A DNA stretch of 64,000 bases. It comes from an uncultured bacterium. GTDB lineage: Bacteria > Acidobacteriota > DATKUA01. Position numbers and translations under genes: made by a program. Below the pieces are notes generated by a model. It was not told the DNA's origin. It ran no database searches and worked only from the letters and a program-made list of their open reading frames with translations. Each line of letters begins with the position of its first letter. The first letter of the stretch is position 1. The stretch is from contig CBFCZO010000008.1 of the NCBI GenBank assembly GCA_965602675.1, positions 4,334 through 68,333 of the forward strand, given 5' to 3'. Below are positions 9,595 through 17,705 of the stretch, in pieces.

Positions 9595-10302
9595 TCAGGT
9601 GCGCATGTAGTCAAGGTAGAGGGCCTCGAGATCCTCGTGCTCGAGTTCTTCGGCGGTTCGCGTCATCACCAGGTTGCCCTTTTTCATGATGGCGACGCGA
9701 TCAGCGAGGCCCTTGCTGCGGAAGATGTCGTGAGTGCTCATGAAGATGCATCTTCCCTCTTCGCGCAACTCTTTGAGTAGGTGGACGAATTCATCGGCGG
9801 CCTTAGGATCGAGGCCGGATGTCGGCTCGTCGAGGATGACGACCGGGCTGTCCTTTAAGATCGCAATCGCGATACCTGTCTTCTGCCGCATGCCCTTGCT
9901 GAAGGTTTTGAGTTTACGCTCGAAAGCCTCCTCCTCAAGACCGACGCGCCTCAACGCGTTGTAATACTCCTCCCGCGAAAGGTTGCGCTTGCCTCCGAGG
10001 CGGGCGAAATAATCGAGGTTCTGCCGCGCGGAGAAGTTGGGGTAGAGCATCACGTTCTCGCTGACGAAGCTGACGTGGCGCTTCGCTTGCAGCGGGTCTT
10101 TTGTGACGTCGATATTGTTTATTCGGGCGGTGCCTTCAGAAGGCTCGATGAAGTTGAGCAGAAGGTTGATCGCAGTTGTTTTGCCGGCGCCGTTCGCACC
10201 GAGCAGGCAGAAAATCTCGCCACCTTCCACCTTGAGATTAAGGTGATCCAGCCCAAGCACTCCGTCCTCGTAGCGCTTGGTCAGGTCGATCGTCTCAAGC
10301 AC
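9595..10302 (-). CDS. ABC transporter ATP-binding protein, the single ATPase of the 4-permease operon
   Basis: Walker A GANGAGKTT, signature FSKGMRQK and Walker B VVILDEPTSGLD. First gene of the minus-strand operon. Confidence 0.9.
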   Translation of the reverse strand: MLETIDLTKRYEDGVLGLDHLNLKVEGGEIFCLLGANGAGKTTAINLLLNFIEPSEGTARINNIDVTKDPLQAKRHVSFVSENVMLYPNFSARQNLDYFARLGGKRNLSREEYYNALRRVGLEEEAFERKLKTFSKGMRQKTGIAIAILKDSPVVILDEPTSGLDPKAADEFVHLLKELREEGRCIFMSTHDIFRSKGLADRVAIMKKGNLVMTRTAEELEHEDLEALYLDYMRT

Positions 10303-10689
10303 TTTGTCTCTCCTCCGCTATAGTTATCTCAAGGCGACATTTCTTTATTATTTATACACATTCATAACGAGTTGCACCACTTATAAGTTCCATCGCACTT
10401 CGTGTAATCCTCATGACTGACAATTCCATGCAAAACGCCGATAGTTGAGAAAGGCAAACTCCATGTGTACAAATTCGGGGAAGCAACCGGAGATAGCCTG
10501 TAAACCCTTTGGGTCGATCCTGAGTCTAATATTATAAAGGGGCAGATGTGTCTTCGGGGCTCAGGATACTTGGCTGCTCGTGCATGAAAGGATACCACAA
10601 CCGCCCGCCAGGTATAAAAGACCAGATGGAGTTTGAGGTTGGCAACTCAACCGCTTAGAACAGAACATCGGGAGAACGGAGAGTCGCCT

Positions 10690-11010
10690 ATGCTTTATGC
10701 CATCGACTATTGCTTCGTCGACGGCACCGTCAGCATCAAGCTCGCTACCTTCTTCTATGACGGTAAGGAGATCTGGTACGAGATTTGTTATGACGGACCG
10801 CAAATCTCTTCGCCTCACTTCGTTCACGAAGATCTTCGGAAGCAGATGCACAGTATTATCCGCTTGCCGATAATGCGCTCTGAGCTTCGCGCCAGAACGA
10901 TGCCCTTGTATTTCAAGAATCTGGAGCCAAACTCGATGGACCACTTCTGTAATATCAGGCACGACTCCACCTATTATCGCTTTTCCTCGATCCGTAGAAT
11001 CTCCAGCTGA
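10690..11010 (+). CDS. Hypothetical small protein in a low-GC islet
   Basis: ORF in an AT-rich segment. Product MLYAIDYCFVDGTVSIKLATFFYDGKEIWYEICYDG... has no recognisable family. Confidence 0.25.
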   Translation: MLYAIDYCFVDGTVSIKLATFFYDGKEIWYEICYDGPQISSPHFVHEDLRKQMHSIIRLPIMRSELRARTMPLYFKNLEPNSMDHFCNIRHDSTYYRFSSIRRISS

Positions 11011-11153
11011 GATACCCTCGGCACTGGGATTACTCCCGGAGCGCCGTCAACTTCTATTGACCAAAATCAAAACGTCGACTACTTTTAAAGTATCAGAGTG
11101 GTAATTATTTATCCTAAGCGCCTAACGATTATAAAAAGACGATCGAAAAACCG

Positions 11154-11666
11154 ATGAAAAAATCCCGCACATCGCCCGAGCGTGCAAGAGTTGCAGAGAG
11201 CGACAACGCCCTCCTGCTTCACCCTCCCGGAGCCGTCGACATTGCAACTTTCATGCAGAAATGCACCGGAGCCGGCAGTTGTGTCGAAGCCTGCCCTTAC
11301 GGCAGCATCTCGTTCATGTCGCTGGGGAACAAAAATAAAATCCCCGTGATAAATCCGGCTGTGTCTCCCTGCTATCTCTGCGAGCCGGCACCCTGCTCAG
11401 CCGCGTGCGAGTCGGGTGCACTGGCACAGATCGACATCCGCCGGGTTCGCATGGGGACGGCTAATATCAATCCCTACTTATGCTTGAGGTTCATTGGTCA
11501 GGATTGCACGGTCTGTTACAACTCATGCCCGCTGAAGGATGAAGCCATCCTGTGGGAAGATGAGATCGAAGCCCCGTTGATAAACATGGAAAGATGCACG
11601 GGCTGCGGGGTCTGTCTTTTCAAGTGCCCTGGGCCGGCGGGGCCGATTACCATCACAATCGACTGA
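11154..11666 (+). CDS. 4Fe-4S ferredoxin-type iron-sulfur protein
   Basis: Multiple Cys clusters: CTGAGSCVEACP, CEPAPCSAACES, CTVCYNSCP and CTGCGVCLFKCP. Confidence 0.7.
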   Translation: MKKSRTSPERARVAESDNALLLHPPGAVDIATFMQKCTGAGSCVEACPYGSISFMSLGNKNKIPVINPAVSPCYLCEPAPCSAACESGALAQIDIRRVRMGTANINPYLCLRFIGQDCTVCYNSCPLKDEAILWEDEIEAPLINMERCTGCGVCLFKCPGPAGPITITID

Positions 11667-11796
11667 ATTACTCGCTTTTCACCCTCCCTTTCGCAATCCG
11701 TTGCGATCTCCATATCTTCAACTCTCAGCTTTTATAAACACAAGGTTTTGTGCTAAACTCCGCGTTAACTTTAGGCTGGATTCTATCGGCTGAACC

Positions 11797-14700
11797 ATGT
11801 TGCTGCAAAAGATCAGGATCAAGGGCTTCAAGAGTTTTCCGGACTCGGTGGAGCTGGAACTCGAGAAGGGCATCACGGGCATTGTAGGGCCCAATGGCTG
11901 CGGCAAGAGCAACATCGCCGACTCGATCAATTGGGCACTCGGTGAGCAGAGTCCCACTTCGCTTCGCGGCAAGCGGATGGAGCAGATGATCTTCAACGGC
12001 AGCTCGAATCGCAAGGCGATGGGGGCTGCCGAGGTCACGCTGGTGCTCAGCATGAACGGCGGCCAGCCGCAATTGCACGACGGCCCGGAGGAGGAGGCGG
12101 AACTTCTGCGCCAGGGTTCCGGCCTGCCCGAGTTGTTACCAGCGAACGATAACGGCGAGCTGACCGTCACCCGCCGGATGTTCCGCGATACCCAGAGCGA
12201 ATATCTGTTGAACGACAAGCCCTGCCGCCTGAGGGATGTCCAGGATCTGTTGATGGCCCTCGGTATCGGGTCGCGGGTGGTAACCATTGTCGAGCAGGAC
12301 AGGATCAACGCCATTCTAAACTCCCGGCCGGTCGACCGCCGCGAGTTGATCGAAGACGCGGCCGGCATCACCAAGTTCAAGCTGAACAAGCACCTCACCA
12401 AGTTGAAACTCGAGCGCACCGGCCAGAATCTGATGCGGATCGAAGACCTGCTCGCCGAGCAGGACGTGCACCTGCGGCGCTTACGCCGCCAGGCGGCACG
12501 TGCCAGGCGCTTTCGCCGCTTTCAGGCCGAGATCAGGGAGATAGAAACTTCCCTGCTGGCGGTTCGCCACTACGAACTATCAGAGCAACACAAGGAGAGC
12601 AGCCGGCGTTTGCGAATGCTCGAGGATGATCTGGCCGCCTCCAGCGCAAAACTCTCAACCGCAGAAAGTGCTCAGGCGGAGCTTCGCCAACGGGTGGATG
12701 AGCTGACAGCCAACCAGGTAGACACTCGCGAGAAACACTACCAGAGCAGCCTTGAGATCGACCGCGACAACAACCGCCTGAAGCATCTGAGGGATGGACT
12801 GGAGGGCCTCTTCAGCCGCCGGGAGCAGGCCAGCGCGCGGCTCCAGGATGCGCAACAGCGTTACAAGAATAAGCGCCTGAACCTCGAGGACGCCAAGCAC
12901 CAGGCGGAAGAGCTGGAGAAAGAGCTGAAGTCGGCCCAAGCCCGCTTGAAGGAACTCAAGGAAAAAGCCGACCTCGCCGGCTCCGACCTGGATTCTCTGC
13001 GCCGCGAAAAGGAAAGGCTCCAGGGCGAGCTGGCCGGCATGCGGGAGAAACTGGCAGCCGAAAACAGCCGCCGTGAATCCTTGCGAATTGAAGAACGACG
13101 CCTTGCGGGCGCAGCAGTCAACGCCGAAGCGCTGAAGGACAAGCTGCGCGGCAAGATCTCCGAGGTCGACGACGGCATTGCTCAGTTGAATCAGCGCATC
13201 GGCGATCTGGACGAACAATTACTGAACACGAACGGCCAGCTGCAGCGCTGCATCGATGATCGCAAAGCAACGGAGAAGGAGATCGAGGCGCACGACCGAA
13301 GAGCGGAGTCGATCAAGAGCTCGCACGGCAGTGCCGCCGCAACTCTGGAAGCCCTGCGTGAGATGGAGAAACGCAGAGAGGGGGTGGCCGATGCCACGCG
13401 TGCTCTGTTCGAGAACAATGAAATTCGAGATGCAGTGAAACCGCTTGGGCTGGTTGCGGACAACTTCGACATCGATCCCGACAGGATAAAGGCTGTATTG
13501 GCGGCCTACGGCCGGATTCTCGAGGCGGTGCTGGTTGAAGACGAAGACGCCGCCGAGCGCGGACTGAAGATGCTCCGCGATTTGGAGATCGGCCGCGCCT
13601 CCTTCATTCCCCTGTCACGGATTTCGGAAAACACCGTCGTTGAAATTCCCGAGAACGATTTGAGAGCGGGGCTCGGCCCAAGGGGTGATCTCGGAAAGCG
13701 GCTGCTGTCTTTGTTCGAGCCCGCCCGCCTGGCAGCTGACATTCATCAGGCTATCGAGATTTCATCCGGCGGTGAGGTTGAAATTGCGGCGACAAATGAC
13801 GGCAACGCGGCCTGGCACGGCCGTTTGATCAAGGGCGGATCGGACACCTCCCGGGAGGAGGCGTTCACCCGGCGGTCCAGGATGGAAGCTGTCGGCAAAC
13901 AGGCGAAATCGTTGGAAAAGGAGCTCGAAGAGCTCTCGAGTGCCAGAGCTGAACTGAGCGGCCGGCGTGAAGAGATCGAGGCATCAATTGACGAACTCAG
14001 AGAGACACGCGAAAAATTGAGGCTGGAAAATGCCAAGCTTTCCGCACAGGTGAGGGCGGAAATTGCGGAACGGGAGCGGCTCGAGGACGCCATAGACGAT
14101 AAAGACAGAGAAATCGAATCGCTGAAAGAACAGCACTCGGAAATCGCTTCCGAGATCACCACGGAGAGCGACCGCCTTGCCGGGATGGAAAGCGAAATCG
14201 AGGAGTTTTCCACGTCACTGCAGAAATACGAGGAACGCCTGGAGCAAGGTTCGGAAGCCGCCGGAGACGCCCGGCGCCGGGAGAGCCTGCTTCAGGCCGA
14301 AATCAGCGCACTGGGGGAGCGGCGCAACGCCGGCCGCAGAACGGCCGAGCTGATCGAATCCGATCTCACCGAATTGCTCGAAAGAATCGCCTCTTCTCAG
14401 GACGAAATCAAGATGATCGAGGAAGAGCGAATCAGCGACCTGCATGAGGTCGAGGTGATCGAGGCAGGCATGCAGGAGAAGATCGAAACCAACGAAGCGC
14501 TCAAACGCTCGCTCAGCGAGATAGACGGCAGGCTGATGGAGTTGAATTCGTCGCTCAAGCTGCGCGAGGCTGAGGTCAAGCAGCTGCGGGCGGAGCACGA
14601 AGAGATCCATGAGAAGCTGGAAAGCAGCCGTCTGGAGTCGCAGGAACACCTCCTGGAGTTGGAGCACCTGCGCGAGCGGGCCGCGTCCACGCTTCAGATC

Positions 14701-15411
14701 GATCCCGATAAATTGGAGGACTCTGCCAGACCCGAAACCGCGGACAGTGAGGCGGAAGAGAGCTTCGATTCTCAGGAGGCTCAGCAGCGTCTCCAGGATC
14801 TCAAGGACAAGGTCGAGCAGATGGGACCGGTCAACCTGCTTGCCAGCGAGGAGTACGAACGGCATCAGGAGCGCCACCGCTTCCTGCTCGATCAGAGGCA
14901 GGACGTCGTGGACAGCATCGCTTCGCTCGAGCAGGTGATCAATCGCATCGACCGCGTCAGCCGCAAGAGATTCCGCGAAGCGTTCGACCGGATCAACGAG
15001 TACTTCCACAAGACGTTCCGCAAGCTGTTCGGCGGCGGCCGCGCCGAGCTGAAGCTGGAGGAAGGCGACCTGCTCGAGGCGGGGATCGAGATTCTCGTTC
15101 AACCCCCCGGCAAGCGACTGCAAAGCGCGACTCTTCTCTCTGGCGGAGAGAAGAGCATCTCGGCCTTTGCCATGATCATGTCCGTGCTCCAGTTCAGGCC
15201 CAGCCCCTTCTGCATCCTCGACGAGGCCGATGCCGCGCTCGACGAAGTTAACACGCGCCGGATCGCCAACCTGCTCCGCGATTACAGCGACAACACGCAG
15301 TTCATCCTCATCACCCACAACAAGACCACGATGGAAGTCGCCGACCGGCTCTACGGAGTCACGATGGAGGAACCCGGCGTCAGCAAACTTGTATCTGTGA
15401 AGTTCAATTGA
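11797..15411 (+). CDS. smc: Chromosome segregation protein SMC
   Basis: N-terminal Walker A GPNGCGKSN, long coiled coils with a hinge, and C-terminal LSGGEKSISAFAMIMSVLQ...ILDEADAALD. Length 1204 aa. Confidence 0.95.
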   Translation: MLLQKIRIKGFKSFPDSVELELEKGITGIVGPNGCGKSNIADSINWALGEQSPTSLRGKRMEQMIFNGSSNRKAMGAAEVTLVLSMNGGQPQLHDGPEEEAELLRQGSGLPELLPANDNGELTVTRRMFRDTQSEYLLNDKPCRLRDVQDLLMALGIGSRVVTIVEQDRINAILNSRPVDRRELIEDAAGITKFKLNKHLTKLKLERTGQNLMRIEDLLAEQDVHLRRLRRQAARARRFRRFQAEIREIETSLLAVRHYELSEQHKESSRRLRMLEDDLAASSAKLSTAESAQAELRQRVDELTANQVDTREKHYQSSLEIDRDNNRLKHLRDGLEGLFSRREQASARLQDAQQRYKNKRLNLEDAKHQAEELEKELKSAQARLKELKEKADLAGSDLDSLRREKERLQGELAGMREKLAAENSRRESLRIEERRLAGAAVNAEALKDKLRGKISEVDDGIAQLNQRIGDLDEQLLNTNGQLQRCIDDRKATEKEIEAHDRRAESIKSSHGSAAATLEALREMEKRREGVADATRALFENNEIRDAVKPLGLVADNFDIDPDRIKAVLAAYGRILEAVLVEDEDAAERGLKMLRDLEIGRASFIPLSRISENTVVEIPENDLRAGLGPRGDLGKRLLSLFEPARLAADIHQAIEISSGGEVEIAATNDGNAAWHGRLIKGGSDTSREEAFTRRSRMEAVGKQAKSLEKELEELSSARAELSGRREEIEASIDELRETREKLRLENAKLSAQVRAEIAERERLEDAIDDKDREIESLKEQHSEIASEITTESDRLAGMESEIEEFSTSLQKYEERLEQGSEAAGDARRRESLLQAEISALGERRNAGRRTAELIESDLTELLERIASSQDEIKMIEEERISDLHEVEVIEAGMQEKIETNEALKRSLSEIDGRLMELNSSLKLREAEVKQLRAEHEEIHEKLESSRLESQEHLLELEHLRERAASTLQIDPDKLEDSARPETADSEAEESFDSQEAQQRLQDLKDKVEQMGPVNLLASEEYERHQERHRFLLDQRQDVVDSIASLEQVINRIDRVSRKRFREAFDRINEYFHKTFRKLFGGGRAELKLEEGDLLEAGIEILVQPPGKRLQSATLLSGGEKSISAFAMIMSVLQFRPSPFCILDEADAALDEVNTRRIANLLRDYSDNTQFILITHNKTTMEVADRLYGVTMEEPGVSKLVSVKFN

Positions 15412-15491
15412 TTGCCGGCTGCATAGGCTTTACTTCGCGCTCAGGAAGGCGGTAACAAGGTAAATAATTCCCAATAAATCGAGGACCGACA

Positions 15492-15959
15492 ATGGCTCAA
15501 GATAATAGAGAAAAGAAACGTGCCGAGACGGTGCACCGCACCGAAATCGTCCTCCCGGGGCTGACGAACGTCTATGGCACGATGTTCGGAGGGAAGGTTC
15601 TCGAGATGATGGACGTCACCTGTGCCATCGCAGCGGCGCGGTTCTGCAGGCGCGACGTCGTCACAATCTCGTCCGAACGCGTGGACTTCAAGGTCCCAAT
15701 CCGGGCCGGACGCATAGTTGAGTTGGCCGCCCGCGTTGTTTTGACCGGACGCACCTCGATGACAGTCAAGGTGGATGTCTACAGTCAGCACTTTGCCGAG
15801 GAAAGCAAGCAGCTTTGCACAACCGGCTACTTCAACTTCGTCGCACTCGACCGCACGGGGCGTCACACCGTGCCGGTGCCCGAATTGATTGTCGAGACGG
15901 ATGAGGAGCGAGGCGACTGGGAAATCGCCGAGCAACTCCGCCACAAGCGCCAGTCGTAA
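15492..15959 (+). CDS. Acyl-CoA thioesterase (hotdog fold, YciA-like)
   Basis: Motif VYGTMFGGKVLEMMD...VTISSERVDFKVPIRAGRIVELAARVV typical of acyl-CoA hydrolases. Confidence 0.8.
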   Translation: MAQDNREKKRAETVHRTEIVLPGLTNVYGTMFGGKVLEMMDVTCAIAAARFCRRDVVTISSERVDFKVPIRAGRIVELAARVVLTGRTSMTVKVDVYSQHFAEESKQLCTTGYFNFVALDRTGRHTVPVPELIVETDEERGDWEIAEQLRHKRQS

Positions 15960-15978
15960 TCTCATCAAGACAAAAAAA

Positions 15979-16000
15979 GCGGGGGATTTTTCAATCCCCC
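15979..16000 (-). terminator. Intrinsic terminator for minus-strand transcripts (ftsAZ operon tail)
   Basis: Hairpin GGGGGATT-TTTC-AATCCCCC. On the minus strand it is followed by a T7 run (+ strand aaaaaaagc before the hairpin). Confidence 0.5.
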
Positions 16001-16323
16001 GGGCTCAGAAAGTGAAGGGAATAAGGAGCTGCTAGTATCTAGTCGGCTCCGCAGGGAGCGGAGACGGGAAGTGCTTTTTGAGTGGGCGGCCCGTCTCAAG
16101 GGCGGACCGCCCACACGGCGGCCCCTGAAATATCAAGGGTCAAACGAGAGGTGCTGCGAAAGCAACTCCCCTCACTCAACGATCTCGCACTGGCTGAACC
16201 CGCCGGAAGTGCCTGCCTCAACTGGGGGCCTATACGGGGTTTGCCTCCCGAGGACTCCACTATCTCCAGAGAACAGCCCCGAGATCGTTAAAGTTCGACT
16301 TGTTAAAGAACAAAACAACCGTC

Positions 16324-16521
16324 TCAAGCGCTGACTTTCGCGGCGGGCTCCGCCGTGCCGCCCCAAACTCCAGCGCCTGAGCCGGTCCTGCCCGGCACTT
16401 CGGCCGAAGTGCGCTTCGCGCCCAGCCCGCACAGGGCCAGCACCACCAGCCGCAGTCTGCTCCTGCGCCACTCGTTAACCGTCGAGAGAAGTCCCGACAC
16501 TCTGTCGCTTGCCTTGCTCAT
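16324..16521 (-). CDS. Possible small ORF (65 aa) whose start overlaps the ftsZ stop as ATGA
   Basis: ATG overlaps the ftsZ TGA. Product MSKASDRVSGLLSTVNEWRRSRLRLVVLALCGLGA... In GC-rich sequence this may be a spurious ORF. Confidence 0.2.
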   Translation of the reverse strand: MSKASDRVSGLLSTVNEWRRSRLRLVVLALCGLGAKRTSAEVPGRTGSGAGVWGGTAEPAAKVSA

Positions 16522-17705
16522 GCGCGCTTCTTTTCCTTGGTCAACATCCGCCGTCTCAGGTAGGCGGGGATCTTCAATTCGTCCTCGCTCAGCCTGCGCG
16601 GATTAAGCACCGTAATGCCTTCCACCCGGTTGAGTTTCCTGTGGCGAGGGACATCGACTCCGCCGGAGCTCAGGCGCTGTGCCGGATTCCCGCTCTCGCT
16701 GACGTGCCTTTGGAGGAAGTCGAGCTCCACAACTTCGTTGAACAGGGGCAGCCCGGAAGCGATCACGCTCACCCGCGTCTTGCCCTGCTTGACTCCGTTA
16801 AAGACCACGCCGAGTGCGAGCTGCGCGTCCTTGCTGAACACGCGCTGAGCCACGCCGAATGCGTTGCGCACGCCGTCCATCAGAACATCGTCGTCGATGG
16901 CGAACTGGATAAGCGCCCTCGGGGCTTTGGTGATGTCGCTCTTCATCTTGGCGAAGCGTTCCATGGCTGTCTTGAGGGCTTCGATCGCGTTGTTGCGCAT
17001 CGCGCTCACTCCAGTGGCGAAAGCGCAGAGCCCGCCCCGCGTGAGGTGGCTCTTGATCGTCCCGAAGTCGAGCAGCATGCGCTTGCTGGGCGTCAGGAAT
17101 TCGAGGATTCCGCAAACCGTCTCCATCAAGGCCGCATCGGCGCGCCTCAGAGCTTCCTTCGCCGCCATCTTTCCCTGGCCGACACCGGCCAGCATGTCGT
17201 TGCTCAGCAGGAACACCGAATCGGCGCTGCGCACAAGCGAATGGATTTTGCGCTTGGCGAGTATCGATTTGCTCTCTTCCTCGTAACCGAATGGGCGCGT
17301 GGCGATTACTATCGTGAGCGCGCTTGCCGAGCGGCTGATCTTGGAGATTTCGGGTACCAGGGCGGTTGCCGTCCCGCCGCCGAGCCCTCCAAAAATCAGG
17401 TTTGCCTTGACTCCGCTCATTAGATCGCGCACCTGCATGTTGTTTCCGCTGAGGCAGCGCTCGCCGATCTTGTCGTCGCCGCCGGTTCCGTCGCCGCCGG
17501 TGAATTCCTCGCCGAGCAGGAGCTTCTGATCGCATTCGGACTCAAACAGTCTGCCTCGGTCGGTGTCGATACCGAGGGTGGAGACCGAGTTGCCGAGAAT
17601 GTCATGCAGGCGGTCGAGCAAGGTCAGACCGCAACCGCCGACGGCAGTCACCTTGACCTGGCTCAGCCCTTCCTCTCTCGTCTCGGTATCCTCGAAAAGC
17701 TTCAT
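16518..17705 (-). CDS. ftsZ: Cell division protein FtsZ (divergent GTP-binding motifs)
   Basis: Aligns to FtsZ: VKVTAVGGCGLT (cf. IKVIGVGGGGGN); ANLIFGGLGGGTATALVPEISK...TIVIATRPFGYEE (cf. GADMVFIAAGMGGGTGTGAAPVVA...VAVVTKPFNFEG); C-terminal DELKIPAYLRRR (cf. DYLDIPAFLRKQ). Confidence 0.88.
   Translation of the reverse strand: MKLFEDTETREEGLSQVKVTAVGGCGLTLLDRLHDILGNSVSTLGIDTDRGRLFESECDQKLLLGEEFTGGDGTGGDDKIGERCLSGNNMQVRDLMSGVKANLIFGGLGGGTATALVPEISKISRSASALTIVIATRPFGYEEESKSILAKRKIHSLVRSADSVFLLSNDMLAGVGQGKMAAKEALRRADAALMETVCGILEFLTPSKRMLLDFGTIKSHLTRGGLCAFATGVSAMRNNAIEALKTAMERFAKMKSDITKAPRALIQFAIDDDVLMDGVRNAFGVAQRVFSKDAQLALGVVFNGVKQGKTRVSVIASGLPLFNEVVELDFLQRHVSESGNPAQRLSSGGVDVPRHRKLNRVEGITVLNPRRLSEDELKIPAYLRRRMLTKEKKRA

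Noticed and set aside
14215-15318. 367-aa minus-strand ORF inside smc, plus several others between 12655 and 14690
   Set aside because: Antisense to SMC. Translations are low-complexity and coiled-coil-mirror sequences.
16001-16517. RNase P RNA, tmRNA, SRP RNA or 6S RNA identity for the ftsZ-downstream region
   Set aside because: None of the hallmark sequence blocks is present: GGAAAGUCCGGGCUCC/ACAGAACCCGGCUUA; tmRNA tRNA-like ends with the tag ORF; SRP domain IV GGAAGGAAGCAGCC. 6S RNA cannot be excluded by eye. I kept it as an unclassified structured region.
16509-17535. ORFs 16509-17423 (+) and 16798-17535 (-, alternate frame) overlapping ftsZ
   Set aside because: FtsZ homology in the annotated frame is unambiguous. 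These are GC-rich shadow frames, Arg/Ala-rich.
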